Below, piece by piece: positions 50,291 through 60,565 of a DNA stretch of 64,000 nucleotides (position 1 is the first letter of the stretch; every line of letters starts with the position of its first letter). The position numbers and the translations under genes are program-made. The notes beneath the pieces are model-generated. The model was given only the letters and a program-made list of their open reading frames with translations, was not told the origin of the DNA and made no database searches. The DNA is taken from contig OY781964.1 in assembly GCA_963677485.1 (NCBI GenBank), positions 3,360,001 through 3,424,000 of the forward strand, read 5' to 3'. This DNA is from Armatimonadota bacterium (GTDB lineage Bacteria > Armatimonadota > HRBIN16).

Positions 50291-53152
50291 GTGCAAACAC
50301 AACCTTCAGCACGCATTCCCCTGCTTGAGCAATTCGGTATCACCAAGGCTGATCTTGGCGGGTATTGGAACTTCGCCGATGTTAAGGGCAACGCCGTTGT
50401 CGACCTATCGGGCCATGGTAACACCATCAAGCTGACTGACAAACGGATGCAGGCTGAAGGTCCGACGCCGGGCACCAAGGCACTCTCGCTGAGCCCAAAG
50501 CAGTTCGTGGAGATCGCCAACCGTGAGCAGTTGTGGGGACACGAGAAGTTCACCATCAACTTTTGGATGCGGATGCGGGAACAACAGAACAACACCGGTT
50601 CGCTGATTACCAAATGTGCGTTAGGCCCATTCGATTTCCGAATTCAGATCGGGCCCGCCCCGAACTTCGTACTGGCGTCTCAGAAGATTAGCTGGTACGG
50701 CGCGAACTCGGCCCAGATGGTCTGGTCGAATCTCGACAATTCTGACCTGACAGATAGATGGATGATGCTCACCATCAGCTTTGACGGCCAGCGGATCCGC
50801 TCCTATATAGATGGCAAACTGGATACCGAGAGCTCCGTTCTCGACACAGGCAAGTGGAACAACACCGCATCACCTATGCGGATCGGCAGTGAGCCGGCCT
50901 ACAACATCCCTGGTTTTGATGGATCGATCACGGAGCTTGCGGTGATCAAACACGCTCTGAGCGGAGATGAGCTGGCTTCGTTTTACGCAAAATACTGCCA
51001 GCAGCTTCCCCTGTTAGCACCCACGGTTGATAAGACACCTTCAGGAATCGCAAGCATATCAAGCGCAAAAGTGTCGCTTCTGAAGGGCACCGATCCAGTT
51101 TTCGAGCAGCCTGGTCCTGAGTATCGGCTAGTGCAGTACATCATGGGATTCCGAGCGAACTTCGATGAACTGCAGAAATACGGCATTGGCTCCGTCGTGC
51201 TCGGATTGCCTCACGAGAACTATCTGCACAATGACCGTGCGTGGGCTGATGTGGAGGCCAACCTCGATGATGCGATCAAGCGCAAAATGGGTGCCTGGGT
51301 TTACGATGAAGATGCTTACCCCAGCGGTGCTGCCGGAGGCCTGACTGTAGACGGCCATCCTGAGTATGTCTCTTACGGTGTTTGTCAAGTTACTCACTTG
51401 GGTAAAGGGCGTAAGTCGCTTACCGTGAATCTTCCGAAAGATGCGATGCGGTTTGTGGCTGCCGTATTGTATCCGGTGGTGAATGGAAAGATGCGCTACA
51501 AGAACGGCAGTGCGGTGGCCTGTAGTGCAGCGTCCGCCACCACCGATGGTATGGATGGCGACTGGGCGTTCTGTGTTTACGTCGCGAAGAAGATGCTGGG
51601 GCACCCGGAACGGCGCAAAACATGGTTCAACCACGGGGAGTATCCCAACCTGCTGAATGCCGATGCGGTGAAGCGCTACATCGCGATCACCCATGCGGCC
51701 TATCAGCAGCATTTTGGCAGCCGGTTTCGCTATCTGACCGCCTTCTACACCGGTGAACCCTCGTTGGCGACCGTGGCCAACTTCGAGTTCACGGAAGCCG
51801 TTCGGGCCAGCGGTGAGTCCTATCTGCCCTGGGATGACAGCATCCAGCAGGCTTTCCGTGCCGACCACGGGTATGAGCTGCTCCCCTGTCTCGCGGCGAT
51901 GTACCTGCCGCAATCCGATGAGGGTAACATCATCCGGCGGCATTTCTGGCAGACCGTGGGCAACCTGATGTCCAAAAACTTCTTCGGGCAGATCGCCGAG
52001 TGGTGTGCAAAGAACGGCAGCTCCCTTTCCGGTCACCTGCTGCTCGAGGAGTGGATGTCGTGCCACGTCAGCCTGTATGGCAACTTCATGCAGTCTATGG
52101 AGCACTTCAAGATTGCGGGTTACGACCACTATTTCAACCGCCACGGTATCAGTCAGGCCAATAATCTGGTGATGCAGAAATACTCCTTCTCAGGGAACCG
52201 CGCCCATGGTAACTTCGTGGCGCAAGCCTTGATTGAGCCGATCTTGTCAGGTTACCTGGATACGGTGACGCAGCAGTTGCGAATGATCCCGATCAGCGTG
52301 TATCGCCAGAACATTAATATGATGTGCGCGGGTGGGGCCAGTATCATCAACAGCTACGTGAACTACAACGCCTACCCGGTGGATGAGTTCCGCAACGTGA
52401 CGGACTATGCGGCCCGGCTCTGCTACTTCCTGCGCGGTACTCGTGATGTGGCGAAGGTGGCGGTCTACTACCCGATCGAGACCTTCCAGGGGCGCTATCG
52501 GCCTACGCCGCAGAATGTGTTCACCAGCTCAGGTAATCCCGAATACCAAACTCTGCAAAAGAGGCAAGATGCCCTTTTTGAGACGCTGTTCCGGCAGAAC
52601 ATCGACTTCAATCTGCTGGATGCCGACGCCATTGGTCGCGCTCAGTTAGCCGATGGTGCCATCAAGATTGCCGGTTACGAATACAAAGCGATGATCATGC
52701 CAGACATGGACATCATCCCGTTGGCGACCCTCCAGAAGCTGCTTCGGTTCGTCTCGCAGGGAGGTGTGTTGATCTGGTCAGGCAAAATCCCGGCACTGGG
52801 TGACAGCGAGGCCGAAACACCGCAGGTCAAGAAACTGCTAGCAGGCGCACACACCACCGGTGACCTTAAGAAACTTGTGAGTAACGTCAGTAAGATTGGG
52901 GCCGGTGGGCTGACGGTGACCGCTACACGGCCCGACCGCTTCTATTTTGTGCCGTATACCCGCAATATCGAGGGACGGCCAAAGAAGATTTTCCTGCTGG
53001 TCAATGACCACAGCCGCACGAACACCCTGAAGATCGGCGGCCGTGGCCATGGGGTGCTCTACGACCCATGGAAGGGCGAGTATGCCGTGGTTACATTGCC
53101 CTTGAGCGTAGGCGTAGAGGCGTATTCCGCCATGGTACTGGCGATGGAGTAG
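50291..53152 (+). CDS. LamG-like domain plus GH106-like hydrolase, paralog 2
   Basis: Colinear with 45605..48421; WVYDEDAYPSGAAGG, FYTGEP and LSGHLLLEE. Confidence 0.72.
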   Translation: MQTQPSARIPLLEQFGITKADLGGYWNFADVKGNAVVDLSGHGNTIKLTDKRMQAEGPTPGTKALSLSPKQFVEIANREQLWGHEKFTINFWMRMREQQNNTGSLITKCALGPFDFRIQIGPAPNFVLASQKISWYGANSAQMVWSNLDNSDLTDRWMMLTISFDGQRIRSYIDGKLDTESSVLDTGKWNNTASPMRIGSEPAYNIPGFDGSITELAVIKHALSGDELASFYAKYCQQLPLLAPTVDKTPSGIASISSAKVSLLKGTDPVFEQPGPEYRLVQYIMGFRANFDELQKYGIGSVVLGLPHENYLHNDRAWADVEANLDDAIKRKMGAWVYDEDAYPSGAAGGLTVDGHPEYVSYGVCQVTHLGKGRKSLTVNLPKDAMRFVAAVLYPVVNGKMRYKNGSAVACSAASATTDGMDGDWAFCVYVAKKMLGHPERRKTWFNHGEYPNLLNADAVKRYIAITHAAYQQHFGSRFRYLTAFYTGEPSLATVANFEFTEAVRASGESYLPWDDSIQQAFRADHGYELLPCLAAMYLPQSDEGNIIRRHFWQTVGNLMSKNFFGQIAEWCAKNGSSLSGHLLLEEWMSCHVSLYGNFMQSMEHFKIAGYDHYFNRHGISQANNLVMQKYSFSGNRAHGNFVAQALIEPILSGYLDTVTQQLRMIPISVYRQNINMMCAGGASIINSYVNYNAYPVDEFRNVTDYAARLCYFLRGTRDVAKVAVYYPIETFQGRYRPTPQNVFTSSGNPEYQTLQKRQDALFETLFRQNIDFNLLDADAIGRAQLADGAIKIAGYEYKAMIMPDMDIIPLATLQKLLRFVSQGGVLIWSGKIPALGDSEAETPQVKKLLAGAHTTGDLKKLVSNVSKIGAGGLTVTATRPDRFYFVPYTRNIEGRPKKIFLLVNDHSRTNTLKIGGRGHGVLYDPWKGEYAVVTLPLSVGVEAYSAMVLAME

Positions 53153-53285
53153 GGTTGAACGTTGCCCTAGTATATTGCGAGCTATCGAATAAACCCCACC
53201 AATCTTGATGAAAACGGCATTGTATTCATCGTAGAGTGAGCGTACAATCCAAGTCGGTAAACAAACCGCGCATATAGATGAAGGG

Positions 53286-54101
53286 GTGAGTGTCTTGACA
53301 AAGTCACAGGTAATAAGAGTTGTAATCGTCGCGATCGCGGTGGTAATATTTGTGATCGCGGGTTTCTGGTACAAAAGCGGCATCATTGCACTGAAGAGAC
53401 TCGACGGCTCCATCATTATATCCGGTTATTACCCCAATCTGAAGGCCGCTCTGCAGGAAAATAAAAGGGACTTGCGAACATTGAGCCTGGAAACAATAGA
53501 AAGTGTGTCCATTCTTGGCCTGAAGATTCATGACAATAGCAACCTAAAAGGTATTGACCTACAAGGTGCCGATCTGCAAGGTGCTCTTATATGCATGAAG
53601 AGCATGCAAGGCGCCAATCTGAGAGGCGCCAATCTGCAAGGGGCCGATATCATTTCCGATTCTCTTGAGGGTGCTGATCTACGTGCGGCGAACTTGAACT
53701 GTGCAGATTTGGGTATGTGCAATCTAGACAATGCCAATCTGTCCGGAGCCTCGCTTATCCAGACGAGTCTGTTCGCTGTAAAGCTACATGGTGCATCACT
53801 GAGTAATGCAAATATGCGAAATGCTTATCTGATAGGTACAAAGCTGCAGGGTGCCAATTTAAAGAATGCGAATCTATCTGGTGCCTTTTTAAACGTCTCC
53901 TTCTTTACCGGTGCCAACATGATCTCAACTAATCTTGACGGTGCTTACGTGAAGGGTTGTGAAATGGATGGTGTCCAAATGCAGGGGATGAGCACAAATT
54001 CAACTCACTGGAACGAGATGCCGTGTAACTTGGATGATTTGATGGCGCAGTCAAAGGTGACAGGTAAACAACTTCTTACTGCGATTCGACAGGGTTATTA
54101 A
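53286..54101 (+). CDS. membrane-anchored pentapeptide repeat protein
   Basis: N-terminal TM helix followed by an A(D/N)LxG pentapeptide run (LQGADLQGA...ANLKNANLSGA). Confidence 0.88.
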   Translation: MSVLTKSQVIRVVIVAIAVVIFVIAGFWYKSGIIALKRLDGSIIISGYYPNLKAALQENKRDLRTLSLETIESVSILGLKIHDNSNLKGIDLQGADLQGALICMKSMQGANLRGANLQGADIISDSLEGADLRAANLNCADLGMCNLDNANLSGASLIQTSLFAVKLHGASLSNANMRNAYLIGTKLQGANLKNANLSGAFLNVSFFTGANMISTNLDGAYVKGCEMDGVQMQGMSTNSTHWNEMPCNLDDLMAQSKVTGKQLLTAIRQGY

Positions 54102-54134
54102 TGACTTGGACCAGTCAAGCGAGGTGCGGAAACT

Positions 54135-54845
54135 ATGACTCCTCAAGAGGCTTATGATGCATATAAAGCCGAATGCACGGCTATATGGCGATTAAAAGAT
54201 TATACGCAACGCTATACCGAGTGCAAGAAGCTAAGGGAGCGCTGGAATGATGCGGAAAAGCTGATGCCATTGTTGAAATCGGACAAGATGGATGGTTTGA
54301 ACTGGTATCTGCTGCTATCGATATCCTTAGAATACATGATGAAGAAGAAGGTCAAGCTAGCACAGATTGAACCCATGATACATGACAAAAAGTTCCACGA
54401 CTACTTTGTTCATGCTCTGCCGTGTTTAGCTCGATTCTCTGAGAAGCGGAACGATGCAGCATTGTTAGGCAAATCCATGGGCTCATTTCTACAAGCGTTC
54501 AATGTTGCGATAAGCGGTGAAGTGTTGACACCACATATGATGAAGGCCTTGCACTATTACCGAAAGAACCGATTGATGGTAGTGATCGCCATTCAACCTT
54601 TCATGAAGTCAGTGTATGATGTTTTATGTAACTTTTCATATATGGCAGATCCGAAAGCCACACCATTAATCCAGGCATATAAACAGTTTCGCAACGAACC
54701 TTGGTGCCGTGACATGGTTGTATCCTGCATGTTGGAGTATCCATCAGATAGCCGCGAGGTGCGTGCGCTGATGAAGCAGATCGCCTATAATGACCCTGAC
54801 CAGAATGTGAGGCGCACGGCCAAATACTTCTTTCAGAAGGACTAG
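54135..54845 (+). CDS. hypothetical helical protein with C-terminal HEAT-like motif
   Basis: 236-aa ORF with RBS GAGGTG; ends in AYNDPDQNVRRTA; AT-richer than its neighbours. Confidence 0.55.
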   Translation: MTPQEAYDAYKAECTAIWRLKDYTQRYTECKKLRERWNDAEKLMPLLKSDKMDGLNWYLLLSISLEYMMKKKVKLAQIEPMIHDKKFHDYFVHALPCLARFSEKRNDAALLGKSMGSFLQAFNVAISGEVLTPHMMKALHYYRKNRLMVVIAIQPFMKSVYDVLCNFSYMADPKATPLIQAYKQFRNEPWCRDMVVSCMLEYPSDSREVRALMKQIAYNDPDQNVRRTAKYFFQKD

Positions 54846-54921
54846 GTGAAGCGCAGTGAGCTTTGCGCGATGGCTGTGCTTCGCGATGTATAAGTGATGT
54901 GAACGCATTGGAGGATCCCAA

Positions 54922-56955
54922 TTGTCTCGTATCTATCTTCTCGTGGTTTCCGTTCTGTGGATGATCTGCGCACCAGTATGGGCGGCAGATCATCTGTTGT
55001 TTTCAGACGGCTTTGAGTCGAAAACGCTCGGCAAATCCAGTGGTGTGAGTTTCGCGGCGGGGAAAGACGGGCTTGCCGCCTCGTTTGATGCCCCCGAGCA
55101 GACGATCGAGTATCCCGAAGAGTGCTTTTCGCTGGTCGCAGGTCGTGTTGAGTTTGATGTGCAGCTGAAAAAGCCACTCAGCACGAAACGACCGATCTGG
55201 TGCCTATTTTCGGATATCGGTGCGGCGGGATCGCACACTGGGGCCGTGACCTGCCGCTGGATGCCCACGAGCGGTGATCTGGACTACGGCATATACGAGT
55301 CCAACGTGGGACACCACTGGATTCAATCGAAGGGCTTCGACTGGCAGCCAGGTCGCTGGTACAAAATCGGGTTGGTATATGGCCTCACCGGTATGAAACT
55401 CGAAGTCGACGGTCAGGTGGTGGCTTCCAATGACTATCGAGGCGGACTGGGAGCTGGCCCGAAGAAGCTGGGTTATTATGATGCCTACTTCTCGACCGCG
55501 CCGATGCTGGTCGACAACTTCAAAACATACCGCACAGACGCATACGACCTTCGGGTGAGTGAGCCCCTGGTTTGTCCCCACAAAGACGGGTTCCTTGACC
55601 GCACGGTGATATCCTATGAAGTAGCCGAGTCATGCACCGTCACGCTGGAGGTGCTTGGCTCCACAGGATCCGTGTTGAAGACTATCCAACCCATAAAACC
55701 GACTAAACCGGGCCAAGTGCAGACGCATACCTGGAATGGCAGCGGTCTACCCACCGGCGACTACCAAATCCGTATGATCGCCGCGTCACCATCTGGCCGG
55801 ATAGAGAAGACGCTGCCAATCAGCATCAATCAGCAAGCGAAATGGCGTGAACCCAGAAATGTCTGCAAGGACTATTACCCCCGCGGTGTGTTCTATATGT
55901 GGGAAGATGACTTCTGGATATCGGGCACTCATGTGGATGATGAAGTGAAAGCCAGGGTCTACTACGAACGCACTCTTGGTGATCTGGCAAAGCAGGGCTT
56001 CAACACGGTCTTCGCCGTGTGGACCCCCACGGATCATCGCAAAATGGTGCTGGACATCGCGCAGGAACACGGCATCAAGGTGGTGGTCTACCTGCACGAA
56101 ATCTACCAGTGGATATCGGGCGATGGCAAGGCGAATATCATTAATCTGGCTGCTCAGACGGTGAAAGAGATAAAAGATCATCCCGCCGTGGCTGGATACT
56201 ACATCATCGATGAGCCGGGCGGTGAGCCGACCATGCTGAAACGAACCTTGAATGCTCGCAAGGCACTTGAGGTTGCGGACCCTAAACACCCCAGTTTCTA
56301 CTGCTTCATTGGTCAGACACAGTATGATCTCTCGCTCAAGACCGTGGGTGGACAGGCGTTGTTCATCGACCTGTATCCCGTGTATACCAACTGGAACGGC
56401 GACCTGAACGGGTATATCGGTGCGCTGGCATATGGACAGAAAAATGCAGAGCAGTATCATATACCTCTGTGGATGGCCACTCAGATATTTGGCAAGCCGA
56501 ATGCCTGGAAAATACCCACACCGGAAGAGATACGAGCTCAGGTTTGGCTGTCTCTGGCTTACGGCACCAAGGGCTTCATCCATTTCGTCTACCAGTCCAC
56601 CACCAGTATTCAAAGTGAATGGCTGCAGGGCGTGCTGTATATGGATCTGAAAGTGCTGGACCACCGGCTGGATGAGCTCCAACGAATCAACGGTGTGATC
56701 AAAAGGTTGGAGCCGTTATTGCTGTTACTGCGACCCGCTGAGATCAAGCTTCCTGCCGCGCCAGACAGCGTGGTCGTAAAGACATTTACCGCTCCGAAGG
56801 GTGGTAGAGTTGCGATCATCGCGAACAAGAGCACCACACAGAGTGTGCAGTGGCCGTGGCACGTGAAGGCGGTAGACGCTTTAACCGGAGATGCGCTTGG
56901 TCCCGTCGTCACGCTGCTGCCGGGTGATGGAAAAGTTCTGAGACTTGAGAAATGA
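54922..56955 (+). CDS. secreted LamG + FlgD-Ig + glycoside hydrolase-like TIM barrel protein
   Basis: Signal peptide; WQPGRWY LamG motif; FlgD-like HTWNG..LPTGDY; HPAVAGYYIIDEP and AYGTKGFIHF. Confidence 0.7.
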   Translation: MSRIYLLVVSVLWMICAPVWAADHLLFSDGFESKTLGKSSGVSFAAGKDGLAASFDAPEQTIEYPEECFSLVAGRVEFDVQLKKPLSTKRPIWCLFSDIGAAGSHTGAVTCRWMPTSGDLDYGIYESNVGHHWIQSKGFDWQPGRWYKIGLVYGLTGMKLEVDGQVVASNDYRGGLGAGPKKLGYYDAYFSTAPMLVDNFKTYRTDAYDLRVSEPLVCPHKDGFLDRTVISYEVAESCTVTLEVLGSTGSVLKTIQPIKPTKPGQVQTHTWNGSGLPTGDYQIRMIAASPSGRIEKTLPISINQQAKWREPRNVCKDYYPRGVFYMWEDDFWISGTHVDDEVKARVYYERTLGDLAKQGFNTVFAVWTPTDHRKMVLDIAQEHGIKVVVYLHEIYQWISGDGKANIINLAAQTVKEIKDHPAVAGYYIIDEPGGEPTMLKRTLNARKALEVADPKHPSFYCFIGQTQYDLSLKTVGGQALFIDLYPVYTNWNGDLNGYIGALAYGQKNAEQYHIPLWMATQIFGKPNAWKIPTPEEIRAQVWLSLAYGTKGFIHFVYQSTTSIQSEWLQGVLYMDLKVLDHRLDELQRINGVIKRLEPLLLLLRPAEIKLPAAPDSVVVKTFTAPKGGRVAIIANKSTTQSVQWPWHVKAVDALTGDALGPVVTLLPGDGKVLRLEK

Positions 56956-59462
56956 AAGAGGATACGATCTTGACATCTGACCATACCGAATACGGGAAAA
57001 TCTACGTACTGCCCTTTGCCCATCTCGACCTGTTCTGACTGGGCAACCGAGAGGAGTGCCTCTCACGAGCATATGACGGCATATTCAAGGCGATGGAGCT
57101 TTGTCGTCGATACCCGGACTTTCGGTATTTGATTGAGGATGTGGTGGTGCTGTCTGAGTTCGTTCAGACCTATCCTGATGCGAAGCCGGAGCTGCTGGGT
57201 ATGATATCCAGGGGGCAGGTGGAGGTAGGTGCGAAGTGGGCAGCCACCACCATCACGCAGACCAACGGTGAGACGATCCTTCGCAACCTGATGATCGGCC
57301 TAAGGGAAGCGGAGGCGATCTGTGGGAAACGTCCTGAGGTGATTCACCTGGGTGATATCCCCGGTATGACTCCGCAGTTCCCTCAGATGCTGGCGAAGAG
57401 CGGGATCCGCTACGCCGTCATCTCACGTGGCGGACCGAAGAAGACCCCTCTGTTTCACTGGAAAGCGCTAGACGGGTCGAGTGTGCTGACCTGGTATAGC
57501 CCATACTGCTACTCCTGGGGTATGCCGTTGGCCAACTCGCCTCTGTCCTTTGAGAGTATGGACATTCCCAGGTTCGAAGCCGAAGCCGATACGCTCCATC
57601 TGACCTCACCATTCAACATACTCATGCACTACGGCATGGACCTGTCTTTGCCCCGAGAGGAAGCGCTGCAGAATCTACAGGCCTGGAACAAGAGCTCGAA
57701 ATACCATATCCAGTTTGGCACGCAGGCTGAGTTCTTCCACTCCGTCGCTGCGTCGGACGGTGTGCCGACGCTGACCGGCGAAATCCCAACGGTGTGGGGA
57801 GCATGGCCAGACTGCGCATTCCTTGATGTGACCATTCACCACGCAGCCGCGGAGCGTGCTTTGCTCTGGGCTGAACAGATGGCCGCGACTGACCAACTGG
57901 CGGGCCGATTGGTGCAGAAAGCTGACATCACCGCCTTGTGGAAGCCTCTACTGGAGTCGCTTGATCACAACTACTCTGGCAACGCTCCAGAGGAGTATCA
58001 CGCCACCAAGAACCGGTTGACCACGCTGTCTTATCAGCAAGCGGAGAACATCAGCTTGCGCTCCATGACACGCATCGCCAGTGAGGTGGAACGGCCAGAT
58101 AACTCCATACCTGTGGTGGTGTTCAATCCTTCATCGTATGTGCGCACGGACCGGATTCGTCGGCGAGTCATGCTGTTCGGTGATTCGGTGGCTGCGACCA
58201 CACCGGAGTGGGCGGAGTTCCATTTGGAGGATGAGACCGGTGCGGTCGTGCAGATGCAGATGCCTCAACGTCGGTTTGGACCCACGAAAGAGGCCGATAT
58301 CGAGTTCCTGGCCACCGATGTGCCTGCCTTGGGTTACAAAAGCTATTACCTTCGCCCAGGCACGGCAGAAATCGTGGTTAATGCCGGTCATTCAGAATTG
58401 GATGCGCAGAGTATCACCCTGTCGGCTGAAGGTTTGAGTGTGGGCGTGTGCCAGCAAACGGGTGCCGTGCGTGTCTGCCAGTCTGACGGTACGCCGATCA
58501 TAGACAGAATCGAGCTTCGGGCCGTGGAGACGCTGCAGACCAACCAGACGATGCAGCTTAACTCCACCGGTCGCAGCTTCCCATTCCTACCGGAGCATTG
58601 TGAGCTGCTGAGGGAAGGGGAGGTGTGCTCCGAAGTGCTGATGAAGGGTACGATCGCCGGGGTGCCTGTGCAGACCACCATCACCATCACTCACAATTTG
58701 CCACGGGTGGATGTCAACTGCAGTATCCATTGGCCAGGTCATGGGTATCTGAGGGTGCAAGCGTATCTGAGGCTGCCATGCGAACGCGACGAACCCGTAT
58801 ACACCGGCGTGCCGTTCGGAGCGAACGGTTTTGAGAACATCATGCCGGGCTCGGGCCCAAGCCTGGGTGATGAGGTGACGGCTGACACCTGGGTGCGCAC
58901 ACGGGAAGCTCAAGACTGGCTGTTGATGGCAGCTAAGGGGTCTGACCACGCCGTGGCGGTGGCGACCGACCGCAAGCTGGTGGAGTTCTTTGACGATGGC
59001 TGCGCCATCAACTTCTTGTCCAGCATGAGCCCCAAATGGATGCAGCCTGAGATATTCCATCCCTTCGCTGGACACTACGAGACGGGTTTCTCTGTGTGCA
59101 GTATGGCTAGGGGAGATATCGACGCGGCGGCTCGGTTTGGCGAAGGACGGTTCATGCCGCTGAGGGCCATCTGCTCCTATAACCGCTCGATGTCTGAGCC
59201 GAAGCCATCGAAGGACGCAGGTATTACGTTGATCGGCGATGGTGTCCGGCTGAGCTGCATCAAGCCTTCGGAAGATGGCAACGGGGTGATCGTTCGGCTG
59301 CTGGAGTGCCGCGGTCTAGAAGCCACCGCGTCTGTCTCGTTGAAAGGCGCAGGCCAGACCGTGTGGGAGTGCAGTCTCATGGAGCAGAACCTTTCTGTGG
59401 TGGATGCGGCCAGCTTGAGTTTTGGACCGTTTGAGATCAAAACCCTGCGGTTTTGCTGTTGA
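56952..59462 (+). pseudogene. GH38 alpha-mannosidase family gene with in-frame TGA at 57036-57038
   Basis: From ATG 56952 the frame reads MKEDTILTSDHTEYGKIYVLPFAHLDLF*LGNREECLSRAYDGIFKAMELC and continues into the 57093 ORF (GETILRNL, FHWKALDGS, VFNP, KPSEDG..VRLLE, FEIKT). Confidence 0.8.
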
Positions 59463-59579
59463 AGTGACGATACATTCGGTCGGTGAATGATGGGCAGCCG
59501 GTGTTATTTGTGGGTGCCATACAAACGTCGGTTGAAAGTTTACGGTATACTACACTAAATTCTGTTCGAGGTGATTTTC

Positions 59580-59894
59580 ATGAAACGCATCCTTGCAATG
59601 GTTATCTGCGTCTCGATTCTCGGCGTTCTGGTTGGCTGCGGCCCTAAGGTTGAAGGCAAATGGTCGGCTAAGCTTGGGCAGGCTGACACCACTTGGGAGT
59701 TCAAGTCGGATAAAGTGTTCAATCTCACAATTGCAGGCAACACTTTGGCCGGCACATGGGAGCTTAAGGGCGACAAACTTAAGATGACTCTCCGTGGGAA
59801 AGCCGAAGAAATGGCTATGAAGATGGACAAAGATACTATGACCCTTACCCCGCCTAACGCCTCAATGGCATTAGTGCTGACACGCATCAAATAG
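59580..59894 (+). CDS. small lipoprotein
   Basis: Lipobox LVGC after a hydrophobic leader; RBS GAGGTG; beta-rich GKW/GTW pattern. Confidence 0.8.
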   Translation: MKRILAMVICVSILGVLVGCGPKVEGKWSAKLGQADTTWEFKSDKVFNLTIAGNTLAGTWELKGDKLKMTLRGKAEEMAMKMDKDTMTLTPPNASMALVLTRIK

Positions 59895-59912
59895 TAAGCG
59901 GTTACGTATTGT

Positions 59913-59965
59913 AGAGCTGGGGATCGGCCAAGTGAAGTAAACCATGGCGGTGTCCGGCTCTTTTT
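59913..59965 (+). terminator. possible terminator
   Basis: agagctgg...ccggctct stem followed by a T run, between convergent genes. Confidence 0.4.
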
Positions 59966-60440
59966 ACTGTACGAGATACTTGTTTGGCTTGTGGCTATGT
60001 CGGTGGATGAGATATAACACGCCGATTCCGATAATGGCCCCAGCGGCATCGATCATCACGTCCCAAATGGACGGTGTTCGACTGGCCGAAAAGCTTTGGT
60101 GATACTCATCGAGCATCGCAAATACAATAGAAAATGCGACTGTAGCACGAAACGCGTGGGTCATTTTGCGCTGATAGCCCTGGTGCAGCGCTCGGTAGAG
60201 CAGCACAGCCAGGATAGCATACTCGGTCAGATGCGCGCACTTACGGGCCACCGCGTTCATATGTTCGATTATTTTGGGTGTGATTTCTGGATCCCATAGG
60301 TGCAGGAATTTTAACAGTATGTGTTCCGAGACAACACTCGAACCAGCCGATGTCGACAACATAAACATCAGACACATCCACAAAATCAATGGCAATATAT
60401 ACCGTACGAACCTGTTAATAGTCTTCCCCCTGTAATTCAT
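59964..60440 (-). CDS. VanZ family protein
   Basis: RKCAHLTEYAIL and DEYHQSF..SRTPSIWDVMID motifs. Confidence 0.9.
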   Translation of the reverse strand: MNYRGKTINRFVRYILPLILWMCLMFMLSTSAGSSVVSEHILLKFLHLWDPEITPKIIEHMNAVARKCAHLTEYAILAVLLYRALHQGYQRKMTHAFRATVAFSIVFAMLDEYHQSFSASRTPSIWDVMIDAAGAIIGIGVLYLIHRHSHKPNKYLVQ

Positions 60441-60565
60441 GGCACGCTGCCTGCACCACATTTATCAATGCATCATTTATAGCTTACCGAATTGACGGAG
60501 CGTTACCTAACGTTCTGAACGGATATAATAGTAGTTGAATAGTAAATTACGATCGGGAGGCACCG

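Noticed and set aside
51128-52144. Long antisense ORFs (also 55786..56682, 10289..11074, 5127..5888)
   Set aside because: They are shadow frames of well-supported genes and carry no recognisable motifs.
57036-57038. Selenocysteine or genome-wide TGA reassignment
   Set aside because: The position corresponds to Trp, not Cys. TGA ends genes at conserved C-termini (8532, 59462), and Trp is TGG elsewhere.
60462-60565. His attenuator or T-box upstream of hisD
   Set aside because: The spacer is short, with no His-codon leader peptide, T-box motif or terminator hairpin.
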